Source of the DNA: a virus
Taxonomy: Duplodnaviria; Caudoviricetes
Reading direction: 5' to 3' (one strand)
Virus record (IMG/VR): IMGVR_UViG_3300020434_000055
DNA: 64,000 nucleotides
Shown: positions 30,291 through 38,786 of the stretch, piece by piece
How positions within the stretch are numbered: position 1 is the first letter of the stretch
How the letters are laid out: every line of letters begins with the position of its first letter
The notes under the pieces: model-generated
The model's input: the letters and a program-made list of their open reading frames with translations, nothing else
Database searches by the model: none
Told to the model about the DNA's origin: nothing
Position numbers and translations under genes: made by a program

Positions 30291-31231
30291 TGAAAATAAG
30301 ACAATTCTACATAGCATCTGAAGATACTTTAACAAAAGGACAAAAAAAGAAAAAAGAAAAATATGTTAAAGGCATGAAGAAAGGTGCAAAAGATTTCAAA
30401 AAAAGATACGGTGACGACTATAAATCAGTAATGTATGCTACTGCTACAAAAATGGCTAAAGAAAACACAAATGAAAGTCCTATAGAACAAGATAGAGATA
30501 ATCCTATTGCAAAACCATATGTAGATACTCCAGAGTGGAAAGCTCTACACGATATGGATGATAAAATTATTGACGCATACATCAAACATAAAGAAGAATC
30601 AGTTGAAGAAGATCAAATTCCAAGTAATATGCCAGGTGGCATTGGAGACTATGCTAGAGAAATAGCAACAGGCAAACTTGTAAGAATAGTTGACTATACA
30701 GATGATGACGAAGGCATTTACACAATATCTTACGGTGATGGTAAAGGTGAAACAGATGTAGTAGCGAAAGATTTAAAATTTAAGGACCCTACTTCTTATT
30801 GGTCCGATGAAGAAACAACAGAAGGAGCTAATTTAAATCCTTATTTCTTAACTAAAAAAGAATTTGATGGTAAAATGAGAGACGTTTGGGATTTTCCAGA
30901 TGGCTATGGAGATGAAGACGACAGTCCTTATCTTTCAAACTTTTCAATGAGAGATGTATTAAATTCATTAGGTTTAGATCCTAATTTCGAAGATGCAGGA
31001 CCTATTGAAATTAATAAATTTATTAATATTACAACTCAATGGTTAAAGAAAAATATTAATAAACCTTCAGCAGAAGTTCCTACAACAGTTGATAAAAGTG
31101 GGGGCGGTGCTACAATGATAGGTGGTGGAAAACCAGAAGGTTACGAAAATAAAGTCATAATGGGATTCAATCAATTCGCACGTAGTATCAAACAAAAATA
31201 TCCTAAAGTTACGCATATAGGAATTGCGTAA
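30290..31231 (+). CDS. Modular protein, putative head-internal polyprotein
   Basis: MKIRQF...ASE N-terminus; ESVEE and EETTE linkers; basic KRYGDDYKSVMYATATKMAK module. Confidence 0.55.
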   Translation: MKIRQFYIASEDTLTKGQKKKKEKYVKGMKKGAKDFKKRYGDDYKSVMYATATKMAKENTNESPIEQDRDNPIAKPYVDTPEWKALHDMDDKIIDAYIKHKEESVEEDQIPSNMPGGIGDYAREIATGKLVRIVDYTDDDEGIYTISYGDGKGETDVVAKDLKFKDPTSYWSDEETTEGANLNPYFLTKKEFDGKMRDVWDFPDGYGDEDDSPYLSNFSMRDVLNSLGLDPNFEDAGPIEINKFINITTQWLKKNINKPSAEVPTTVDKSGGGATMIGGGKPEGYENKVIMGFNQFARSIKQKYPKVTHIGIA

Positions 31232-31237
31232 AATTCA

Positions 31238-31804
31238 ATGTTACTTACAGAAATAGATGGTCAAGAGCCAGTGAACAAACCAATAGTCTATGTAGATTTG
31301 GATGGTGTATTAGCAGACTTCTTTGGTGGAGTAGAAAAACTATATGGTGTTGATCATTGGAAACAATTAGTATCAGATAAAACTAAAGATCTTAAAATGG
31401 AAGTAATAAACAAAATTCAAGGTACAGATTTTTTTGCAACATTACCTAAATTCCCAACTGCTGATCAATTACTTGCTATTGTTAAAGAATATACAGGGGG
31501 CACATTTTCAATTTTATCATCTCCTTTAAGAGGTGATCACCAAAATTCTGCAAATCATAAAAAGACTTGGATAAGTCAAAATATAGAAGCACCTGCTGAA
31601 ATTATTATTACTGGACGGAAAGAATCATATGCAAAAGACAAAAGAACAGGTACTTCTAATATACTAATTGATGATAGACCTAAAAATCTTGATCGCTTTA
31701 AGGCGTCAGGAGGTTATGGTATTTTATATCAAGCTAATAGAAATCCGGTAAGTAAAGTAAAAATGGAGTTGGAGCAATATGCCAAAATTTACGGGGATCA
31801 ATAG
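31238..31804 (+). CDS. HAD-family 5'(3')-deoxyribonucleotidase
   Basis: VYVDLDGVLADF, ILSSP, K, LIDDR motifs. Confidence 0.88.
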   Translation: MLLTEIDGQEPVNKPIVYVDLDGVLADFFGGVEKLYGVDHWKQLVSDKTKDLKMEVINKIQGTDFFATLPKFPTADQLLAIVKEYTGGTFSILSSPLRGDHQNSANHKKTWISQNIEAPAEIIITGRKESYAKDKRTGTSNILIDDRPKNLDRFKASGGYGILYQANRNPVSKVKMELEQYAKIYGDQ

Positions 31805-31949
31805 AGCTTATTCAAGCGGTAAACCTGACAAGAGATCTTCACAAGAAGAACGTGACAGATTAATGAAAGAATTCCTTGCCAAAGGTGGCAAAATACAAAA
31901 AATTAAATCTAAGATAACAAAACAAATGTTAGATAGAGGTAAATTATAA
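31779..31949 (+). CDS. 56-aa basic protein (not in ORF track)
   Basis: GGAG RBS; contains LMKEFLAKGGKIQK. Confidence 0.6.
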   Translation: MPKFTGINRAYSSGKPDKRSSQEERDRLMKEFLAKGGKIQKIKSKITKQMLDRGKL

Positions 31950-32128
31950 TGAAAATTGTTGAAATTATAGCATTACCTTTAAACGATTCAAGGGCAAAAA
32001 TTATTAACCTTATAAAAACCAAAAATGAAACTGCAGGCGTTGGAATTATTACTAAACAAAACACTACTAAAGACGTAAAACCAGGCGAAACATGGAGGCA
32101 AGCGAAGAAACTTAAATTAGTCAAATAA
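31949..32128 (+). CDS. 59-aa basic protein, MKIVEII N-terminus (not in ORF track)
   Basis: TAATG coupling to the previous ORF. Confidence 0.55.
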   Translation: MKIVEIIALPLNDSRAKIINLIKTKNETAGVGIITKQNTTKDVKPGETWRQAKKLKLVK

Positions 32129-32137
32129 ATACAATGT

Positions 32138-32509
32138 ATGAGGAAGATAGCATCTATAATAGTAGTTTCATTTATATTAGTAAGTTGTACACTTATTCCT
32201 AGTAAATGGGACTCAAATCAGTCTTATGCAATTACTGATCTTAGACAAATAGTAAGATCTATAGACTGCGACGGTGATGTAGTAAGAAAACTTAATCACC
32301 TTAATTATAGGCTAGAATGGCTAATGTTGTACAATGAAAGTAAAGGTACTAAAGACGTAGGAAATTTGGTTACTTTATTCAATGAAACTGTACAAACATT
32401 TAGACAAAAATCTACCTCATTTAGTAAAGGATATTGTACAAGTAAAAAAGAAATAATGATCGAACAATCTGATATGATTGCTCGAGCAATCCAGAGGAGG
32501 ATAAAGTAA
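32138..32509 (+). CDS. Putative lipoprotein
   Basis: Signal peptide with LVSC lipobox. Confidence 0.55.
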   Translation: MRKIASIIVVSFILVSCTLIPSKWDSNQSYAITDLRQIVRSIDCDGDVVRKLNHLNYRLEWLMLYNESKGTKDVGNLVTLFNETVQTFRQKSTSFSKGYCTSKKEIMIEQSDMIARAIQRRIK

Positions 32510-32790
32510 TGGCGATTACACAAGAACACGAAGACAACCTAACAGCCGTAGTTACAGCTGATGACGGATTAAAATCTGTTGCAGAAGCGGCTCAAGCCTT
32601 AGTTGCATCAAGAAAAGCAAACTCTATAACAGAATTAGCATTTATTGATTCTTTGAATGCTCTAATTGATGGCGACAAAGAGACTGAGCAAGATGCTGTA
32701 GCAGGTGGTCAAGGTAAGTCTGCAGAAAAACTACATTTTGCTATTAAAGGCATGATGAAAGTTAGTAATAATACTGGCCCTTGGGCATAG
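32509..32790 (+). CDS. Hypothetical protein
   Basis: Coupled ORF. Confidence 0.5.
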   Translation: MAITQEHEDNLTAVVTADDGLKSVAEAAQALVASRKANSITELAFIDSLNALIDGDKETEQDAVAGGQGKSAEKLHFAIKGMMKVSNNTGPWA

Positions 32791-32820
32791 TTCATAATTT
32801 TATTAACTAAAAGGAACATC

Positions 32821-33063
32821 ATGGCAGATAAAAACATCGAAGCATTAAGAGAGTTAGCTGGTGCAAACAACTGGGCTTCTAAAAAAGCTCAAATGGCTCT
32901 TGACTTAACACAACAAAGAGTTGAAGGTTCTATAACTAAATCAGAATATGAAGAACTAGTTGACGATTTAATAAGAACTGACGAAGTTGCCCAGCGAGCT
33001 CAAAATGTAGAAATTGCATCTAAATTAAAATGGGCTGTTCAAGGTTTATTAAAAATCTTATAA
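32821..33063 (+). CDS. Hypothetical protein
   Basis: RBS AAGGA; helical. Confidence 0.5.
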   Translation: MADKNIEALRELAGANNWASKKAQMALDLTQQRVEGSITKSEYEELVDDLIRTDEVAQRAQNVEIASKLKWAVQGLLKIL

Positions 33064-33069
33064 TGAATA

Positions 33070-33258
33070 ATGCCAAAGAAAAAGAAACGCAAAAAAAAGC
33101 AACAAGAACCATTTGTAGACATGATTTGGATGCATCATGATTTATGGAATAATTCAGGTAGAACACGAGAAGACATTGAAGAAGAAGTGTATGGTGTAAC
33201 AAATACAGCAGGTTACAAAAGTATAAATTATCCAAAAGGACATCCTAAAAATCCATGA
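33070..33258 (+). CDS. Hypothetical protein with basic N-terminus
   Basis: ORF in operon context. Confidence 0.45.
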   Translation: MPKKKKRKKKQQEPFVDMIWMHHDLWNNSGRTREDIEEEVYGVTNTAGYKSINYPKGHPKNP

Positions 33259-33473
33259 AAATTTATGAAATATTAGAAAGTCAAGCCGTCAAAGATTTTA
33301 AAACCAGATACGATCACCATTATGGTTATGATCCTGAATTACTATCCTACCAACACGAAATTGGTAAAATTTACGGTAAAAAGAATTTAAAAGTCCCCCA
33401 CGCCAAGTATAGCATAAGTAAAAGAGCCAAACAAATTTATAAAGGCAAAAATGGAAGTAAAAATAATAAATGA
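33255..33473 (+). CDS. Hypothetical protein, MKIYEILE N-terminus
   Basis: ATGA overlap with the previous ORF. Confidence 0.5.
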   Translation: MKIYEILESQAVKDFKTRYDHHYGYDPELLSYQHEIGKIYGKKNLKVPHAKYSISKRAKQIYKGKNGSKNNK

Positions 33474-34152
33474 ACAAGAAGTTTTTGCTATAAATCCATC
33501 ATTAACAGTCCAAACAAAAAATATCGGAAAATATAAAATTGCTATTGCAGACAATTTTTATAAAAATCCAGAAATGGTCCGTGAATTAATCCTAACAATA
33601 CCTAGTACTAACAATGAAAAACATAAAGGTGGTATGGTTGGTAGACGTGTAGAAGCATACTATGATTTAAGTCCATTAGCAGATCCCTTTCATAAAATAT
33701 TAACTAACTTATGGGATTATACAAAAAATTGGTCATATGATGCAATTTATGAAATGTTTAAACAATCATCGTTTATTGGAAATATAATGAATGAAGAAAT
33801 GTTAGAGTCTAGAACACCTCATCAAGATGGCCCTAAGACATTACCTAAACAATTTATTCCTTCACACACTGGATTTGCTTCTTCTGTTTTCTTAAACACA
33901 CCTCAAGAATGTGCTGGAGGTACAGCACTATACACATACAAAGGAGAACAATCTCCTCTTCAAATGCCTGATCAATCTGTAGATCATTTTATAACAGAAT
34001 CCGAAGGTGATTGGGAAAAAATAGGATTAATTGAAATGAAATGGAATAGAATGGTTATATATAATAATTTTATTCTACATACTCCATATGTTAAACAAGG
34101 AATGGGCTTTACTGGTAACATCTATAGAATCAATCAAATGATATTTCCTTAA
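33451..34152 (+). CDS. 2OG-Fe(II) oxygenase-like protein
   Basis: PHQD (HxD), SVFLN...GGTALY, NRMVIY...LH distal His. Confidence 0.7.
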   Translation: MEVKIINEQEVFAINPSLTVQTKNIGKYKIAIADNFYKNPEMVRELILTIPSTNNEKHKGGMVGRRVEAYYDLSPLADPFHKILTNLWDYTKNWSYDAIYEMFKQSSFIGNIMNEEMLESRTPHQDGPKTLPKQFIPSHTGFASSVFLNTPQECAGGTALYTYKGEQSPLQMPDQSVDHFITESEGDWEKIGLIEMKWNRMVIYNNFILHTPYVKQGMGFTGNIYRINQMIFP

Positions 34153-34163
34153 TAAATAGTAGT

Positions 34164-34409
34164 ATGAGAGTATGTGAAATTGTTACAGAAGCGGCTACAC
34201 CAGGTGCTACATCATCTGGTAATATAGCAACGGTTGTATCACCACATATTGCTATTGGTCCAGATAGATACGGAAATTCATATACAGGTAGTCCAGGTAA
34301 ATCAGGTACAAAAGCACCAAGAGTGCCTAAACCTAAAAAGATAAAACCTACTGACAATGCACTAGATATGAAAGGTGTAAGCATTTTTGGATCACCTATT
34401 AAGAGATAA
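34164..34409 (+). CDS. Small late protein, MRVCEIVTE N-terminus
   Basis: AATAAATA upstream. Confidence 0.55.
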   Translation: MRVCEIVTEAATPGATSSGNIATVVSPHIAIGPDRYGNSYTGSPGKSGTKAPRVPKPKKIKPTDNALDMKGVSIFGSPIKR

Positions 34410-34420
34410 ATACTACTAAT

Positions 34421-34915
34421 ATGAAATATAAACAAATTAAAGAAAAATTCGCAGACGAGGCTGGTAAAGCTGAAAAGGATCATGAAGTGCAAATGGCACG
34501 AGGTGATTTATATAAAGCCGCGAAGTATTCAATTAAACTTCATGACATGATGAAAAATATCAGTGAAACTGAAGGATTAGAAGGATGGATACAAGAAAAA
34601 ATTACTAAAGCGTCTGATTATTTAAATACAGTATTCAATCACTTTGATTATAAAAGTAAATTCAACAATTCAGTAAATTTTGTTGGTGAAACTAATCCTT
34701 TGCCCGATATGAACAAGTATGGAATATACACTACAAAAAGTAAAGATGGTGATTTCCAAGTATGGCAAAATGAAAAACATTTAGGAACGTTTAAATCAAT
34801 AGAAGATGTTGATGCGTTTTTACATGATTATTTAAACAAAGAAGAATCAACTAATGAAAAAGATTCTTACAAAGAAGACCTTTCTACAAAACTTCAAAAT
34901 AAGTTATCAAAATAA
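34421..34915 (+). CDS. Modular late protein, MKYKQIKE N-terminus
   Basis: GATAAATA upstream; DHEVQMARGDLY...WIQEKITKASDYL module. Confidence 0.55.
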   Translation: MKYKQIKEKFADEAGKAEKDHEVQMARGDLYKAAKYSIKLHDMMKNISETEGLEGWIQEKITKASDYLNTVFNHFDYKSKFNNSVNFVGETNPLPDMNKYGIYTTKSKDGDFQVWQNEKHLGTFKSIEDVDAFLHDYLNKEESTNEKDSYKEDLSTKLQNKLSK

Positions 34916-34988
34916 AGTCAATTCCTTAAAATACAATAAATACCTTATAATTACGTTATGGAAAAATTATTAGAGGAGGTACCGAGGT

Positions 34989-35699
34989 ATGGCTTATTTA
35001 ATAGCAAACTTGCCACCAGTAGACTGTTATGTTAGAATGGAATATCTCTATGACCTGCAAAAAGATGATAACGGAAAATTATTAGGTCAAGGCAAATATA
35101 CTCCTGCTGTCTGGGTTACTGTAAAAAGTATATCAGGTAAAGCATTATATATAGAATCCTTACTTCCAGAATATGGTGCATTATACGATAAACTACCTCT
35201 GAGTGCATACGTTTGGAAAACAGATGCAGATACAAGTAAATTTTTACCTTTAGATCATTTAGAAATTTGGGATTCCTTTTCATATTACATTACAGTTTTA
35301 GAAAAAGCAACATTATCAGGACTTCGTTGTTCATTTTTAGGTAAAGACAAAAAAATGCATAGTGGTGAATATATGTTTACAATAGATAGTTGCCATAGTG
35401 ATGATAATGAACTTAATACAACTTTTTCTGAAATACCTGATGAACACAAATCATTTAATATAATGAAATTAGATAACGGACAATATGCCGCACAACCAAA
35501 TAACAGAATGAGATGGTTTGAGCAAAGTTTGGTATCTCATGAAACTAAAATGCCAGATTTTAAAGTTAGCACAAGAGAATATAGTGTTGAAGATAATCCA
35601 AAATGGTCAGCCAATTATGGCGAGGGCGATACTTGGGCATACGAAATAAAAGAAAGCAAACCAAAAATAGACAAACCCGATTTAAATAAAGACAAATAA
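34989..35699 (+). CDS. Hypothetical protein
   Basis: Strong RBS GAGG; long globular ORF. Confidence 0.6.
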   Translation: MAYLIANLPPVDCYVRMEYLYDLQKDDNGKLLGQGKYTPAVWVTVKSISGKALYIESLLPEYGALYDKLPLSAYVWKTDADTSKFLPLDHLEIWDSFSYYITVLEKATLSGLRCSFLGKDKKMHSGEYMFTIDSCHSDDNELNTTFSEIPDEHKSFNIMKLDNGQYAAQPNNRMRWFEQSLVSHETKMPDFKVSTREYSVEDNPKWSANYGEGDTWAYEIKESKPKIDKPDLNKDK

Positions 35700-35712
35700 T
35701 CAAAAACAATTC

Positions 35713-35741
35713 TTGACTTTTCTATCATTATTAAGTAAAAT
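35713..35741 (+). promoter_or_regulatory. Sigma70-type promoter (queD-fdh-guaC operon)
   Basis: TTGACT-17-TAAAAT. Confidence 0.7.
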
Positions 35742-35766
35742 AAGTTAAATTCATACAAGGAGAAAT

Positions 35767-36027
35767 ATGAGTGCCAGAACTTATGGTCCAGAAGAACAAG
35801 CCAAATTAAAAAGAATAGTTGACGAAGGAGTTAACGTTCTTTCAGAACTAGAAGATTTAAACGCAGGATTAAAAGACACCGTAAAAGCAGTTGCTGAAGA
35901 ATTAGAAATTAAACCTGCACTAATTAATAAAGCAATCAAAATTGCACATAAAGGTGAGTGGGGCAAGTATTCAGAAGCTTTTGATAGTTTAGAAAACTTG
36001 ATTGTAGCAGTTGGAAAAGACAAGTAA
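35767..36027 (+). CDS. Small dsDNA-binding protein (T4 DsbA/GapR-like)
   Basis: Helical pattern ...ELEDLNAGLKDTVKAVAEELEIKPALINKAIK; first gene after a sigma70 promoter. Confidence 0.5.
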   Translation: MSARTYGPEEQAKLKRIVDEGVNVLSELEDLNAGLKDTVKAVAEELEIKPALINKAIKIAHKGEWGKYSEAFDSLENLIVAVGKDK

Positions 36028-36253
36028 TACTACTGCCAATTTTTTAAAATGGGTAGCCACGGCAACATTAATAATTGGAACTGCAATAAATTCTATAGGA
36101 ATATATCCTTTAGGTCCTATTATATTAACATTAGGAGGATTTGTTTGGTTAATTGTAGCTCTAATTTGGCGTGAACCTGCATTAATAGTAACTAATATTG
36201 TATTAGTTACAGTAGCTACAATTGGTTTAATTTACGCAAACTGGTTAACATAA
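36011..36253 (+). CDS. Small three-TM membrane protein
   Basis: Hydrophobic segments; TTG start. Confidence 0.5.
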   Translation: MEKTSNTTANFLKWVATATLIIGTAINSIGIYPLGPIILTLGGFVWLIVALIWREPALIVTNIVLVTVATIGLIYANWLT

Positions 36254-36254
36254 T

Positions 36255-36551
36255 ATGATATATTACATTGACATAGACGGAACCATTTGTTATACTAAAG
36301 GTAGCGACTATGACAATAGTAAACCTGATTTAAAAAAAATAAAACAGGTTAATGAATTATATGATAAAGGTCATGAAATTCATTATTGGACTTCTAGAGG
36401 AGGAATGTCTGGAAAAGATTGGTATCTATTTACAATAGCTCAACTTAATGAATGGGGTTGTAAATTTACATCAATTAAATTAGGTAAACCTGTTTATGAT
36501 AAATGGGTTGACGATAAAGCAATAAACGAAAAGGATTTTTTTAATGGCTGA
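36255..36551 (+). CDS. Minimal HAD-family phosphatase
   Basis: YYIDIDGTIC, YWTSRG, GKP..D.WVDDK. Confidence 0.75.
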   Translation: MIYYIDIDGTICYTKGSDYDNSKPDLKKIKQVNELYDKGHEIHYWTSRGGMSGKDWYLFTIAQLNEWGCKFTSIKLGKPVYDKWVDDKAINEKDFFNG

Positions 36552-37038
36552 AGATTATGATAATGTAACGGAAGAATGTTTTACTTCCACTAAGAGTTTT
36601 TGGAACTTTCCTTGTGCTCATAGACAATATAGACACGAAGGCAATTGCCATTTAATTCACGGGTACAGTAGAAGTTTTCATTTTATATTTGGAATTAAAT
36701 CATTTACAAAAGAAGGCTTTGCAGTAGACTACGGTGACTTAGATGAACTAAAAGCACATTTAGATCATATGTACGACCATACATTAGTATTAGATGAAGA
36801 AGATCCATATATGGAAAATTTTAAAGTATTAGAAAAAGCAGGTGTATGTCGAATTAGAACTCATCCAATGGGACCAGGCATGGAAGGTACTGCACATTAT
36901 CTTTGTGATTGGACAGACACATGGTTACGTAAAAAATCACGAGGACGAGCTTGGGTTATTAGTGTAGAAGCTAGAGAAAATGATAAAAATAGTTCAATTT
37001 ATAAAAATCCAAATGCTGGATTTAAAGGCTGGTTATAA
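36544..37038 (+). CDS. queD: 6-carboxytetrahydropterin synthase
   Basis: CAHRQ...[23 protein letters not shown]-fold motifs. Confidence 0.88.
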   Translation: MAEDYDNVTEECFTSTKSFWNFPCAHRQYRHEGNCHLIHGYSRSFHFIFGIKSFTKEGFAVDYGDLDELKAHLDHMYDHTLVLDEEDPYMENFKVLEKAGVCRIRTHPMGPGMEGTAHYLCDWTDTWLRKKSRGRAWVISVEARENDKNSSIYKNPNAGFKGWL

Positions 37039-37577
37039 TGAGTGACGAATTAAGCATTAGTCAATTAGATGCGAAAGGAAATAAATGTATGGTTCCTAAC
37101 GCAATGTTTAAAACAAGAGTAGCAGGTGAATGGAAAGATGTAACTACTGATGATTTATTTAAAAATAAAAAAGTAGTTGTATTTTCTTTACCAGGTGCTT
37201 TTACACCTACTTGTTCAAGTACACATTTTCCTGGATATGAATTAAAATACGATAGTATTAAAGAAACAGGTATTGATGAAGTTTATTGTATTTCAGTAAA
37301 TGATTCATTTGTAATGAATGCTTGGGCAAAAGATTTAAAAGCAGAAAAAATTAAAATGATTCCCGACGGTAATGGAAAATTTACTGAAGGAATGGGTATG
37401 TTAATCAACAAAGAACATTTAGGTTTTGGCAAACGAAGCTGGAGATACTCTGCGGTTGTAGACAACGGTGAAGTAATCAAAATGTTTATAGAACCAGGCA
37501 AGAATGATATAGGTGAAGACCAAGATCCATTTGAAACATCTGATGTTGATACCATGCTTAAATATCTTAGAACATAA
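37038..37577 (+). CDS. Peroxiredoxin (Prx5/type II)
   Basis: [26 protein letters not shown]. Confidence 0.92.
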   Translation: MSDELSISQLDAKGNKCMVPNAMFKTRVAGEWKDVTTDDLFKNKKVVVFSLPGAFTPTCSSTHFPGYELKYDSIKETGIDEVYCISVNDSFVMNAWAKDLKAEKIKMIPDGNGKFTEGMGMLINKEHLGFGKRSWRYSAVVDNGEVIKMFIEPGKNDIGEDQDPFETSDVDTMLKYLRT

Positions 37578-37587
37578 CGGAGAAAAA

Positions 37588-38784
37588 ATGAAAATACTTT
37601 GTATACTATACGACGATCCAAAAGACGGAATGCCTACAAGCTATCCAGTTAAGGATCTACCAAAATTAGAAAAATATCCAGACGGAATGACACTACCAAC
37701 ACCTAAAGGCAGAGATTTTACGCCAGGTGATTTATTAGGTTGTGTATCTGGAGAGTTAGGATTAAGAAAATTTTTAGAAGATGCAGGACACACATTAGTT
37801 GTTACATCTGACAAAGACGGAGAAGGTTGTCAAGCAGACAAAGAATTAGTTGATGCTGACGTTGTTATATCACAACCGTTTTGGCCATATTACTTAACAA
37901 GAGAAAAAATGGAAACGGCACCAAATTTAAAAATGGCAATTACAGCAGGTATAGGATCTGACCACGTAGACTTACAAGCGGCAATGGATCGTAAAGTTGA
38001 TGTAGTTGAAGTAACGTATTGTAATTCAAGATCAGTTGCTGAACATATTGTAATGATGATTTTATCTTTAGTAAGAGATTATCACAACCAACACAGAATA
38101 GTAAACGAAGGTGGTTGGCATATTGCAGATGCAGTAAAAAGAAGTTATGATGTTGAAGGTATGCACGTAGGTACTATTGCGGCAGGACGTATTGGTTATG
38201 ATATGTTAAGAAAGATGGCACCATTCGATGTACATCTACATTATTTTGACAAACATAGATTATCTGAAGATAAGGAAAAAGAATTAAATTTAACTTATCA
38301 TGATTCAGTTGAATCTTTAATAGCAGTTTGTGATGTGATTAATATAAGTTGTCCATTACACCCTGAAACAGAACATATGTTTAATGATGATTTAATTAGT
38401 AAATGTAAACCTGGTGCGTATATTATTAATACTGCTAGAGGAAAAATATGTGATAAAGATGCTATTGCGAGAGCATTAGAATCAGGACAATTAAGTGGCT
38501 ATGCTGGAGACGTTTGGTTTCCACAACCAGCACCTAATGACCATGTTTGGAGAAGTATGCCAAACCATGGTATGACACCTCATACATCAGGAACATCACT
38601 ATCAGCACAAACAAGATATGCTGACGGTGTTAGAGAAATATTAGAATGTTTCTTTGATGGTACACCAATAAGAGATCCGTACTTAATTGTACAAAATGGA
38701 GAACTTGCTGGTATGGGTGCTCACTCTTATACAAAAGGAACAGCAACTGGTGGATCAGAAGAAGCGGCTAAATTTAAAAAATAA
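37588..38784 (+). CDS. fdh: NAD-dependent formate dehydrogenase
   Basis: CILYDDP, GELGLRKFLE, SQPFWP, TAGIGSDHVD, AAGRIG, YFDKHRL, NTARG, DVWFPQP, PHTSG: the full set of signatures of the Pseudomonas/Candida-type FDH. Confidence 0.95.
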   Translation: MKILCILYDDPKDGMPTSYPVKDLPKLEKYPDGMTLPTPKGRDFTPGDLLGCVSGELGLRKFLEDAGHTLVVTSDKDGEGCQADKELVDADVVISQPFWPYYLTREKMETAPNLKMAITAGIGSDHVDLQAAMDRKVDVVEVTYCNSRSVAEHIVMMILSLVRDYHNQHRIVNEGGWHIADAVKRSYDVEGMHVGTIAAGRIGYDMLRKMAPFDVHLHYFDKHRLSEDKEKELNLTYHDSVESLIAVCDVINISCPLHPETEHMFNDDLISKCKPGAYIINTARGKICDKDAIARALESGQLSGYAGDVWFPQPAPNDHVWRSMPNHGMTPHTSGTSLSAQTRYADGVREILECFFDGTPIRDPYLIVQNGELAGMGAHSYTKGTATGGSEEAAKFKK

Positions 38785-38786
38785 AA

